Below, in pieces: positions 1 through 11,736 of a DNA stretch of 64,000 bases (within the stretch, counting starts at the first letter, position 1; each line of letters begins with the position of its first letter). The notes beneath the pieces are model-generated. The model searched no databases, was not told the DNA's origin, and saw nothing but the letters and a program-made list of their open reading frames with translations. The DNA lies in the NCBI RefSeq assembly GCF_963921235.1, contig NC_086097.1, forward strand, positions 28,832,001-28,896,000, read 5' to 3'. Origin of the DNA: Mobula hypostoma (Eukaryota). The translations under genes were made by a program, and so were the position numbers.

Positions 1-79
1 GGAGTTATTGAAAGCATCCTTTATTTGTTTCACTACCGATATGGTACTGACATCAATTTGTATACCCTGCCTGCAGATT

Positions 80-340
80 CTAGGAATCCACATCATACGT
101 ACAGCATTGGTATAATTTTTCCAGTGCTTTGAGATGCCCGAGAGTAGTCCAAGTCTCAGAGACAAATAGCAGGGCAGAAGTCACTGCTGCCCAGTAGATC
201 ACAAACCTTGTGCCAGGTTTGGAGGTCTCAGTTACATACTTACATACTTCCTCAGATGACCAAAGAAGGCAATGGTGAAGTTTATCAATGATATTTGGAT
301 TCACTGAAAGACAATTCCTAACACATGAGAAGTGGATCAC
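80..340 (-). mobile_element. Degenerate RTE-clade LINE RT C-terminal remnant
   Basis: IYWAAVTSALLFVSETWTTLGHLKALEKLYQCC resembles the RTE motif YxAxVxxxLLYGSETWT...LExFHQRC. Confidence 0.6.
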
Positions 341-1497
341 ATTTTCCAGGATGAAATATAGACTTGAACTCTGGTATCTCAGATTAGAATTTTAATACCC
401 TATTGACCAAGTTATGAAGGCTCTAAGACCAAGTTTTGGGCAGCTGAAAGCAAGGCCTATAATTAAAAATATAATGTTGTAATATTAAAGTACAAATCAA
501 AACTATTAGAAAACTGCACGAGAATATTAACATTTACTTCACTGAAAACTTAATGAAAATGGCATACATTAATGCACTGAAGTCAATTACATTGTCATCA
601 GCCTAGCCAAAAACATTTTTTTTTTCACATTTGTTGATGGGAAAAGAGTTGACAAGTGCAGAGTACAGACAAAACTGCACAAGTAAGCCCCAAGACTGAG
701 AATGATTGCAACATGTAGTGCATCCTTCCTTTTCTCGTCCCTCTTAAAGCTGAAACTACCTTTTAGAACCCTTCCTCAGCTCTCCCTTCAATGTTACCTC
801 TTCTTTTCCCTCACCAAAGAAAACGTTGTCAGGATAGAAGTATAATCAGTATTTGTTTGTGGGTTGCATCACTGCCAACAGTGGGGCAAAGATGCGACCC
901 AAAAACAAACCAGGAATGTAGAATAGAACACAAGTATTGGAATGCAGGAACTTGACTTTAGAGGACAATACATATGATGTGAACTTAAAACATTATTAGC
1001 TGAATAAGGCACCAAACTTACTATTGGCCCAATCAAGATTTAGAATCAAAGTGTTCTCCTTTTTAACATTAAAAAAAAGATATTCTATTATTTGCTTACT
1101 GTGCAAGTTAAGCTGCAATATGAGATTCTTTTCCCAGTCCGTATTCTTCAAAAATTAATCACTTGCCAGCTCAACTAAAATATACCAGTAGACTTCCTGT
1201 GAGCTAAATAAAAAAGTTTTATATAAGTGTAAATAATGTGCTGGAACATCTTGATTTTAGTACTTATATTAACTCATTTAGTTTTGTTAATAGTACTTGC
1301 TGAAATTTAAAATTTGATATTTAATTTTACTAAATGTCAATTTTTTAAAAAATCAAATATAGGTGAATATTTGCTTGGAAATTCTGATCCTTCTTGAGTA
1401 AAACTGTTTGTGAACCTATGTTGTACCAGTGACACTGGTGGGGTTTGTGCAACACAGCAGACCCAGAAAGAAGATATGATAATATGTTTAAAAACGT

Positions 1498-2519
1498 AAA
1501 CAACAGGAATTCTGCAGATGCTGGAAATTCAAGAACACACATCAAAGTTGCTGGTGAATGCAGCAGGCCAAGCAGCATCTCTCGGAAGAGGTGCAGTCGA
1601 CGTTTCAGGCCGAGACCCTTCGTCAGGACTAACTGAAGGAAGAGTGAGTAAGGGATTTGAAAGTTGGAGGGGGAGGGGGAGATCCAAAATGATAGAAGAC
1701 AGGAGGGGGAGGGATAGAGCCAAGAGCTGGACAGGTGATAGGCAAAAGGGATACGAGAGGATCATGGGACAGGAAGTCCGGGAAGAAAGACGGGGGGGGT
1801 GGGGGGGACCCAGAGGATGGGCAAGGGGTATATTCAGAGGGACAGAAGGAGAAAAAAGACAGTGAGAGAAAGAATGTGTGTATAAAAATAAGTAACAGAT
1901 GGGGTACAAGGGGGAGGTGGGGCATTAGCGGAAGTTAGAGAAGTCAATGTTCATGCCATCAGGTTGGAGGCTACCCAGACGGAATATAAGGTGTTGTTCC
2001 TCCAACCTGAGTGTGGCTTCATCTTTACAGTAGAGGAGGCCGTGGATATACATGTCAGACTGGGAATGGGATGTGGAATTAAAATGTGTGGCCACTGGGA
2101 GATCCTGCTTTCTCTGGCGGACAGAGCGTAGGTGTTCAGCAAAGCGGTCTCCCAGTCTGCGTCAGGTCTCGCCAATATATAAAAGGCCACATCGGGAGCA
2201 CCGGACGCAACATATCACCCCAGCCGACTCACAGGTGAAGTGTTGCCTCACCTGGAAGGACTGTTTGGGGCCTTGAATGGTGGTAAGGGAGGAAGTGTAA
2301 GGGCATGTGTAGCACTTGTTCCGCTTACACAGATAAGTGCCAGGAGGGAGATCAGTGGGGAGGGATGGGGGGGACGAATGGACAAGGGAGTTACGTAGGG
2401 AGCGATCCCTGCGGAATGCGGGGAGGGGGGAGGTCAAGATGTGCTTAGTGGTGGGATCCCGTTGGAGGTGGCGGAAGTTACGGAAGAATAATATGTTGGA
2501 CCCGGAGGCTGGTGGGGTG
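1498..2519 (-). mobile_element. 5'-truncated Penelope-like element (GIY-YIG endonuclease plus 3' pLTR with hammerhead)
   Basis: CKRNKCYTC...VICCVRCSRCGLLYIGET (GIY-YIG), in-frame stop at 2162, 3' terminal repeat shared with other copies in the window. Confidence 0.9.
1595..1630 (-). ncRNA. Minimal type I hammerhead ribozyme (PLE-type), core intact
   Basis: Minus strand AGTC-CTGACGA-AGGGTCTCGGCCT-GAAA-C-GTC^GACT; stem I AGTC/GACT; palindromic ACGT in place of stem III. Confidence 0.75.
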
Positions 2520-3029
2520 ATATGTTTGTTATGGTATATAGTATGTGCAATTTGCTATGTAAAGGAGATAGCAATCTGACGAAAACTGCCTCCAGCTAGC
2601 CACCAGTTGTTTAAAAATACATCAAAACAGCTGTGCAGTCACACTAAGTGCATGACTGTAACCATAGCAACTCCCTCATTACGGCTACCCTCTAAGCAGA
2701 GAGAAAAATATTCACTGCTACTTCACTGCTGACTAACAGTTCAAAATCAGCACCTAAATTAAACTCAAACCTCCTGACCACAATCTCCCGTACCAATAAA
2801 AATTCTGACAGGATGACATTCAGCAATCCAATCTGCAGACCAAAACCATATTTTACTTTCGGTGGGTGAAGGATACAAAGGGAGGGGTGGGGAGAAAAGA
2901 AAGAAGAGGAAACTAACTGTTGCCGTGATGTGCTTCAGTAGAAAATGCACTTCAATGATTTAAAAAAACCAATTAAATCGCTAGACTTCTTCAAAATAGA
3001 ACTAAGAACAAACAATGTTTTTATCTGCA

Positions 3030-3300
3030 TAGCTTTAGAGTGCTGTAAGATTGGGGTTCAATTCCTATTGTTGTGTGTAAGGGGTGTGTACATTCTCCCC
3101 ATGACTGTGGTGCTCTGGTTTCCTCCCACATCCCAAAGATGTATTGGTTAGGGTTAGAGTGAGTAAGTTGAGGGCATGCCATATTAATGCCAGAAGCATG
3201 GCAACACTTACACCCCAGCACACCCTTGGTCGCTGACACAAACAGCACATTTCACTGTGTGCTTGAATGTTTTGATGTACAAATGTCCAATTAAAGCTGA
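3030..3300 (+). mobile_element. V-SINE/HE1-type SINE
   Basis: B-box-like GGGTTCAATTCC followed by V-domain-like CATTCTCCCC...GGTTTCCTCCCACATCCCAAAG. Related copies near 5805-6085(+), 10020-10345(-), 43860-44125(+), 53160-53510(-) and 54340-54460(-). Confidence 0.7.
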
Positions 3301-4699
3301 TCTTTAATCTTTAACAAATTAACAACATTCATTATTAATTTCCTCATGCCAGAATACACAACCAGATTTAACAAATTCATTTTCACAACTTGCCAAAGCA
3401 ATATTTGATCCGTATTCCATTTTACACCATGAATACTAAAAATAATGCATGCTAAAAATCAAATTGTGAAATTCATACTTAATTCATGGCACCAACTTCA
3501 AGCATGATTAATCCTCATAAAATTTGGGATCCCCATATTTCATATGTTCTTGATTATAATCCATAGCAACAAATAACAAAAAATATACAATGTCCACAGT
3601 GTAATGGGAGATCCTATAGAAAATCCAGAATGAATAACTTGAATTTCAGTCAGGTTGTTTGGGCCATTCAACACATGGTGTCCATGCTGGCTTCTTATAA
3701 TCTATACAACCCCATTCCCCCTTCTTTCCTTGCAGTACTATAAATTATTGCAGATACTATCTGTGCTTATTTATAGTCATAGACATAAAAACAGGCCCTT
3801 TTGCTTCAACTACCTCCTCTGGCATCTCATTCCATTTTTTCCACCCTCTGAGTAAAAAAGTCACTCTTCAGTTTCTATTAATTTCTCCCCTCTCATCCTG
3901 ATTCCCCAGCCCTAGGAAACAGACTGCAGATTTACCACTATGCCTGTCATGATTTTATATACTTCAATCAGATCACCTTTCTTTCTCCCATGTCCTACTT
4001 ATGGAAGCCCTAACCTACTCAACTTCTTTCCGTAACTAGTTGCTCAAGTCCTGGCAACATCCTTAAATCTCCTCTGTACTTTGAATTCCTCGTCAACTGT
4101 TTCCATCACCCTTACAAGAAGTGAGTTTTGGATAATTACAACAACATAAAAAAGACTTTCATCACATACTGACCCCTGTCCTTTAAACTATGTCTCCTAA
4201 CTTTTGGGTAATCTGCTGATGTCAATAACTTTATTCTATTCGTCCACTTTTGCACATGGTTAGAAGATTGCTACTGATTAAGTTTCAATTTTGTATGCCT
4301 CAATCAAATCTCAAACTCTGTTCCAAGGAGAGAACCCCCAGGCAGGCAGGACTAACACTTGTTAGAAGATAATAAGCATGAAATTGAAAAACGAATTAAC
4401 AAAAGCAAAGCTGGACTGGAAGCATCATCTTAAGAAAAATAAATTTAAAAAACTTTAGAACAGGGGTTCAGTAGAAAACTGGGACTAAAGAACAGATGTG
4501 GAAAGGGAGGCTTAGCAACTTGCTGATAGTCACAATATGCAGTTTTTTCAGTGCTACAAAACCCACTACAGCAGCTACATGTAAGGCCAGACTCCAGTGC
4601 AAGACATGGGGGTGAATGCTTCAGGGACTGAGAAATATTCAACACCCACTGAAAAGGACACATTGAAGATCTCAAATGTGATGGTCTTTGACATGGCTG

Positions 4700-5790
4700 C
4701 ATTCAGCTCCATTCACAACAGCCAATTGGGACCACCATTCCTACTATTCCTGTCAAGAATTCAAGATGATTACAACTAAAAGAAAATAACAAGGGCTCAT
4801 GAAATCCTATAACGAGATCCAGTCTCAAACCCATTGCTTGTGAAGAGGAAGATATTCCACGGTATCTCAGAGATGTAGTTATCATGACCTTTTTCAAGAA
4901 ACAAGACAGTCAATCTCCGGAAACTACAGAGAGGCCTTCCTGCTCTCCAAGACATGGAATTTCACTACCAGTATCTGCCTTAACTACTTCGTCCAAGTGG
5001 TGGAGGAGCAGCTCCCAAAATCACATTGTGGATTCTGTCCACCAAGAGGTATAGTGGATACTAACTTCGCTGCACAGTAACCCAAAGAAAAATGTAAAGA
5101 ACAGCACCAACCACTATACATGGCTCTTAGAACTTGCCAGAACTTTTGATTGTGGAAGAGCCTCATCAAATATGACTTCCTACAGAAATTTGCCCATTCT
5201 TGCTCTACAATGGCAAGAAAGCTATGATTAACTAATAGCAAGAAACAAGATGCTGGAAGAACTCAGTAGGACCTCCAGCATTTAGTCTGCTGCACCATAT
5301 TTAAGAATCTGCAGTCTCTTGTGTCTCCATATTAACCATTGGGTTTACCACAATTCAGTGTGCACTAGCCTGAAACCCCAATTGCCCCAACACTTTTTCA
5401 ATATTTCTTGCTGCAATGTTTCAGTTTGCTTTTAATGGGAGTGGCGCCATTCTTCAAAACTAATATGTAGCTAGCCAGTTCATGGCAACTACATTCCAGG
5501 AATAAAGTTATCCAAACCTTAGTACTCGAGCTGCAATATTCAGTTGAAGTTCATGTATGCACAACAGGCCAAGTACCAAACAACTGTCAATGTTTTTACT
5601 AATGCCAAGCAGAGGACGGTATTAACAGTTCTGGGCATCTCTGAACCCATGACAACATAAAGTGAAGCAGCATTGATAAACCCAAGGCCGTATACTGAAA
5701 CATACCAGATGCATGGGCCACCTCCCAATCTATTCAATTGCCTGCCCCATCAGGCACCATCTGCCCCTAGATTCATACAGCTGAAAAGAA
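4700..5790 (+). mobile_element. Degenerate RTE-clade LINE RT fragment
   Basis: 5010-5125 reads QLPKSHCGFCPPRGIVDTNFAAQ*PKEKCKEQHQPLYMA, resembling RTE LPESQCGFR..RGT.DMIF..RQLQEKC.EQ..PLY. Boundaries approximate. Confidence 0.7.
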
Positions 5791-6734
5791 TGGAAACAAA
5801 CCACGGTAGCTTACTAGCACAACACTTGACAGTACAAGTGAATGGAAGATCAGGGCTCAATTCCTGCCACTATAAGGAGTTTGATCATTCTCCCTGTGAC
5901 CGCATTGGTTTCCTCCAGGAGCTCTGGTTTCCTTCCACATTCCAAAGACAGACAGTTATGATTAGTGAGTTGTGGGCACACTATGTTGGCACCGGAAGCG
6001 TGGTGACACTTGCTGGCTGTCACAATGACGCAAATAACATATTTCACTTGTATGTTACAGACTTTCAGTGTACATGTGACAAGCTAACAATTTTTGTTGA
6101 TGATTACTGATATGCCTACAAGGCAGGTCTCACTCGAAGGCTGATACTCCTTCAAACTTTCCTAACCCCTTACCTGCCCAAATATTTTTCAAATTTCATA
6201 ATTATTCATGCTTCTACCACCTGCTCTACAGCTCATTTCTTAAATGCACTACCTAGTGCGTGGGAAAAAAATCTTGATCCTCAAGTCCCCTTTAAATCTT
6301 TCCACTCTCACTTTAAATCTAATCCCTCCAGTTTTAACACCCCCACTCTAGGAAAATGATGGTAATTACCTAATACTCTATGTTCTCATAAATTTATAAA
6401 CCATTATAAAGGTTACCCTAAGCTTCCTCCTCTCCAGGGGTAAAGAGCCCCAGCCTATCCAATCTTTCCCTAATCACCAATGGACTCCCAAGTTAAAGAG
6501 ACGGATTTTATGAAGTAGCTTAACCAAGATCTAAACATCCTGATAAGGAATTCAAAAGCTTATGGCCCAAGCAGCTGAAAGTTTCCCCACCAAGAGTGAG
6601 GAAAGGAAAAAAAACTACATAAACAGAAATGAAAGAGCATAGAAAACTTACAAGGTCATAAGACACTAAAGACAAAGGGCTGCCCAAGTCGGATAGATAT
6701 GAACAAAAAAGCAACGATAATTTTCAAGCAACTA

Positions 6735-8108
6735 CAGTGCATTGTAAAAAGTATTCAGCCCCCAGTCCTTTGTTCACATAAATGAGTATTACAACCAGGG
6801 ACTTTTGATCAATTTAACTGAGAATTTTTATTTGTAAATCACACTCCTTTTTCCTCCCTCACAGTAGAGACCCCCCTCCAAAAAAAACCCGGGAGAATTG
6901 CAAAGCATGTAAAACTAAAAATTTTAAAACCAAAATGTCATCAGTTCAAAAGTATTCATTTCCCTTTGCTCAGTACTTGGTTGAACCACCTCTCACAGCT
7001 ATTATAGCCATCAATCTTTTTGGATAAGTCTCTATTGGCTTTGCACAACGAAATGGAACAAGATTTGCCCACTCCTTGAAAAATTGTTCATGCTGCGCCA
7101 GGTTAGTTAGGGGGCAGATGGACAGCAATCTTGAGGTCTTGCTAGAAATGTTCCATTTGGTTAAGGTCAGGACTCTGACTAGGCCACTCAAGGACATCAA
7201 TTTTCTTCATTTGAAGCTACTCCATGGTTGCTCTGACCCATGTGCTTTGGGTCATCCTGCTGAAAGATGAACTACCTCCCCAGATTAAGCTTTCTGGCAG
7301 AGGCTACCAGGTTTTTATCTGGGATCTTTTTGTATTTAGCAGTAATCTTCTTCCCATCAATCCTGACCAGATTTCTAGTCCCTAATGCTGAAAAGCATCC
7401 CCATAGCATGATGCTATCTCCACCATACTTCACATTGGAGATGGTGTCATCTGGCTGATGCGCAGCATTAGGTTTACACCACACATACCATTTAGTATTA
7501 AGGCCAAAAAGCTCCACTTTAGTGTCATCCAACCACAAGTCCTTGCACATCTTTGTAGTATCTTCTAAGTGACAACTTGCAGTCTTTACAGGCGAGGATA
7601 TGCTTTCGTTTTAGCCAGGACATCTTCCTTGCCATTCTTCCATAAATACCCTTTCTGTGAAAGGTCTTAGGAGATTGTGTAGCCATGAACTTCATCTCTA
7701 GTTGCAGCCACCTTCTTCTGCAACTCACAATGGACTACACTGAGCTCCAAGGTATGTTCAGTGCCTTTGAGATGGTCTTGTACCCTTTTCCAGATTTGTG
7801 TTTCTCCATTAACATTTCCCTGCCATCTTGAATGCTCTTTTGAGTAATTTTGGTGTGGTCAGTTGAAAATCTACCATACTGTTGGACTTTATAGAGAGGG
7901 TGTATTCTTTACTTTCTCAGCTTCATAATTTTGGGTTTTAATTTTTATTAAGTTGTTGACAGGTTTTGAAATTTTTCTTTTGATTTATTATGATGCATAA
8001 TGTTTTAGATTAGCTCAAAAATCCTACTTCAATACATTTTAAGGTTAGAAAATGAGACAGCAAAATGCAAAAATAGCAGTGGGGGCAAAATACTTTTTCA
8101 AGGCACTG
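6735..8108 (-). mobile_element. Tc1/mariner DNA transposon with decayed transposase
   Basis: TIRs CAGTGCATTGTAAAAAGTATTCAGCCCC and GGGGCAAAATACTTTTTCAAGGCACTG, left TA; fragments DDTKVELFG, VKYGGDSIMLWGCFSA and YPKRLMAIIAVRGGSTKY. Confidence 0.9.
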
Positions 8109-8198
8109 TCGTTGTTTCCTGAATGGTCCCAACAAAAGTCAGTTTTCTAACGTAGTCCTCATGTCAAACTATAACATACAATTATCTAGGTGCCTTAC

Positions 8199-8254
8199 CT
8201 GTTGTTTTTGATAAGCTGTATTAGGATTTATTTTTGATTCAAGGAGAAGAGAAC
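8199..8254 (-). CDS. PPP4R3A: PPP4R3A exon 2 (56 nt)
   Basis: Polypyrimidine tract and TAG acceptor, then (G)SLLLESKINPNTAYQKQQ, then CAG|GTAAGG donor. Phase matches exon 1 (142+56=198 nt). Too short to appear in the ORF track. Confidence 0.93.
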
Positions 8255-8489
8255 CTAAAAAGAAAAAAAGAAAATTTAATATAGGTGGTCATTTTTGTCT
8301 TGTTATTTGAATAATCAAGATATTTTAAAACTTCTAACATGTTACTTGAAGGTATTAGCTTATGCTGGAAAATAGTTACTAAGACAATCTCTGTTCTTTC
8401 CTCATCTCTGTGACTTTATCAACAGTCTAGACAATGAATTAGATCTAGTAAAGAACATTAACTGAACTTCCAATGTTAAGTCTATTCCT

Positions 8490-8875
8490 AAACACAAGAG
8501 ATTCTGCAGTTGCTGGAACAAACACAAAATATTAGAGAGGTTCAGCATCAGGCAGCATCCATGGAGGGGAATAAACCAGTCAACGTTTTAGGCCGAGACC
8601 CTTCACTAGGACTGGAAAGGAACGGGGCAGAAGCCAGAACAAGGTGAGGGAGGGGAAGATGAAGTAGAAGCCAGCAGGTGATAGGTAGAAAAGGTAAGGG
8701 CTGAAAAAGAAATCCGATGAGAGAGGAGAATGGACCATGAGAGAAAGGGAAGGAGGAAGGGCACCAGAGAGAGACAAGGGGAAAAACTGGGTAAGAGGAG
8801 AGCTAAAATGGAGAATCGATAAAGAAAGAAGGGGAGAGGGAAAATTACCAGAACTTGGAGAATTCTAACTTCCAA
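8490..8875 (-). mobile_element. Older PLE 3' terminal fragment with decayed hammerhead
   Basis: Same layout as the 1498 copy; core mutated (CTAGTGA...TAAAACGTT). Confidence 0.7.
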
Positions 8876-10900
8876 AGATTGAAAAGTCTATTCCAATATT
8901 CTCATAATATATATTTTGCATTTAGCAGCAAGGAAGCAGAAACGATGAATAGGAGGCTTGACTATTCCCCCCCCCCCTTACTTTCCCCAGCACCGATACC
9001 ATCTGCAGTTTCTAAACGGTACTTCAAAAGGCCTTCTACAAACTCAGCAGAATTTGACCCTTTTAGCGAGTATTACAGATACTGTAGCAGAGTTCTTTGA
9101 ACAAAAATGATCAGGCCAAGTCAGCAGAATTATTTTGTGAAAAAGAAATCACTTTTCACCTACTTATTGTGTACTTTGAAGTAGTACTGAGAATAAAAAT
9201 GAATTCTACTTAGATTTCAAAAAGACATTTTGACAAGGTACTATATCAAAGGTGATTGCTGAAAATGAAAGCTCATACTAAAATGGATAGAAGACTGGCT
9301 AGCTAACTGGAATATATAGAAAAAGACATAAATGGGACTTATTTTCTGGTAAAATGTAGTGAATGTTCATACTCCAACTTAATTCAATATAAATTATTTG
9401 ATTAAGGCAGCATGGGTATTATTAAATTTGCTGGAAATTAAGTTGCTCATTAGAGCATATAAGGAGGTTACTAAAAAAGGATATTGACGGGATAAGACAG
9501 GGTGAAAAGATGGGACAAAATAAAAACTATGCAGGAAAGATTTGGGTGTCAGAATACAGTTTGTAAAAGGCAAGTACAGGTGATACCCACATTACCAGGG
9601 GCTGAGGCTGTTTCTATAGAGAATGGGTCTTACTATGATTTTGGTTATGTGAAGCCATGTCATCTATGCATGTACCATGACAGTTGAAGCCAAATTTTGT
9701 AACGGTGCATTTACTTTCTCCCACCCCTGCCACCACACATGAATTTCACGAAATCACTTTTATTCTACATCTCAAAAGTTTAGGTACAGATTTGCAAATT
9801 TTATGTGTGGATTTCAGTAACTTCAAATGGCTGTAATACAGTAGTTAACTGTCTGCAGTTACAATAAGTAATTAGGGAGACTAACAGAATATCAGTATTT
9901 ATTATGAAGAGGAAATTAATACAGAAGCAGGAAGGTCAGTCCACTATAGTAATGGCCTCCTTCTTTAATGATGTACGTGAAATCATGGCCCATTACTTAG
10001 AATAGGTAAAGTTGTTTTAAAGATAAAGATTAGCTTTATTTGTTACATGTATATCAAAACATGCAGTAAAACCGGTTTTGAGTTCAGGACCAACACGGCC
10101 TTAGTATTGCGCCAGGGATAGCCCACAAATGTTGTCATGCTTCCAGCACCAATGTAGCATGTCCTGAACTTACTAACCCTAACTCCTACGTCTTTTGAAT
10201 GTGGGAGGAAACCAGAGCAGTTGGAGGAAACCCACGTGGCCAAGGGTGAAAATACAAGTTCCTTACAGACAGTGGTGGGAACTGAACACTGACAGCCTCC
10301 ACTGTAAAGCCATTACCTAGCCACTGTCCTACTGTGCCACCCTGAGGAACAGTTGGAAAGGTTCAGCTCATTTATGCTGGCAAGCATCTTAACAAAGTGG
10401 ATATAGAGAAACTGTTTCTTTTTGTAGGAAGAATCTAAATGGGGAGTGGGAAGGAAGTCACTGCATAAAAACAAGTTATCACCCATTGAAGCCTTAAGGA
10501 GGTGGATTTTTCCTCTCAGAGTCAAAGGCGTTTAGAACTCTCTACCCAAAATGACAGTGGAAGAAGCATTTGACTATTTAAGGCAAAGGTAGATAATACC
10601 TTGATAAACAAGAGCTTTGAAAGGTTACTGGGGTAGGAAGGAATACAGAGTTGAATGTGATTGTACTGAATTGGAGAGAAAGCTTAAGGGCCCAAGTAGC
10701 CTTCACCTGTTCCCAATTTGTGGGAATGTCTAGCCCATGGCCACCAGAAGTAGAGAGGGGATATTCAGGATGGCCTTAAGAACATCAAAGTTACACATGA
10801 GGAACACACAGATGCATGCACAACCTCAAAAATTCCACTCTCCAACCATCTCAAAACCCACAAAAATCAGAGAGGAAACAAATCATCCTCAATCCTGAGG

Positions 10901-11124
10901 CAAACAACAGGAATTCTGCAGATGCTGGAAATTCAAGCAACACACACCAAAGTTGCTGGTGAATGCAGCAGGCCAGGCAGCATCTCTAGGAAGAGGTGCA
11001 GTCGACGTTTCAGGCCGAGACCCTTCGTCAGGACTAATGGGTCTCGGCCTGAAACTTCGACTGCACCTCTTCCTAGAGATGCTGCCTGGCCTGCTGCGTT
11101 CACCAGCAACTTTGATGTGTGTTG
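10901..11124. mobile_element. PLE pLTR fold-back insertion with 13-bp TSD
   Basis: TSD CTCAATCCTGAGG at 10888-10900 and 11125-11137; 88-bp inverted arms 10936-11023 and 11039-11126; intact hammerhead core at 11000-11035 (minus). Confidence 0.9.
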
Positions 11125-11736
11125 CTCAATCCTGAGGACTGCCTAAGAGAACGACAAATGAACAAAATATATGAACGGGAAAGAAAAGTCCAGGCGACAC
11201 AGATTTACATAGAATAAAAAGAAAATGTGAAGTCATGTCATTCGGCTACTTTATGAATTGATGTATAACAAAGTACAACAATATTTCAGATAGAGAGATA
11301 CATATGAAATTATAGCCTTAAATGACAGGAAAATTAGAGATAAAGATAGTGATGTGGAAAGGTCTTTAAAAGATAACCTGTAGTGAAAATCTTATCAAGG
11401 TAGTTAATAGGATACAAAGACAGATACAGGAAAGAAAGTAAAAGATTTTAGAAATATTCAGATCAGACAGCATAAATGGAGAGAGAAGCAGAAATAATTT
11501 TTCAAGTGGATGAACTTTCTTCGGCAGGTTAATGGGCTATTGAGCTTTATCACAAGTGGTTTCAAGTAAAAATACTGGCAAGCACAAGTATAATTATTGG
11601 TTTCAAGGAGAAAGTGTTACTTAATAATATTCTTACAAAGGGAAAATGATTAGAATATTACAAAATTAAACAAATTAAGGAAGGAAACTATAAAGGTACT
11701 AGGAGTGAGACAGCTGTTGGGAGTTGCTAATCATCA

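Noticed and set aside
2765..2920. Cryptic exon after a polypyrimidine tract on the minus strand
   Set aside because: Weak donor, no similarity to SMEK protein and no supporting evidence.
1..8198. PPP4R3A exon 3 ([24 protein letters not shown]...)
   Set aside because: Not found by eye; LLWSSEE near 250 belongs to an RTE remnant.
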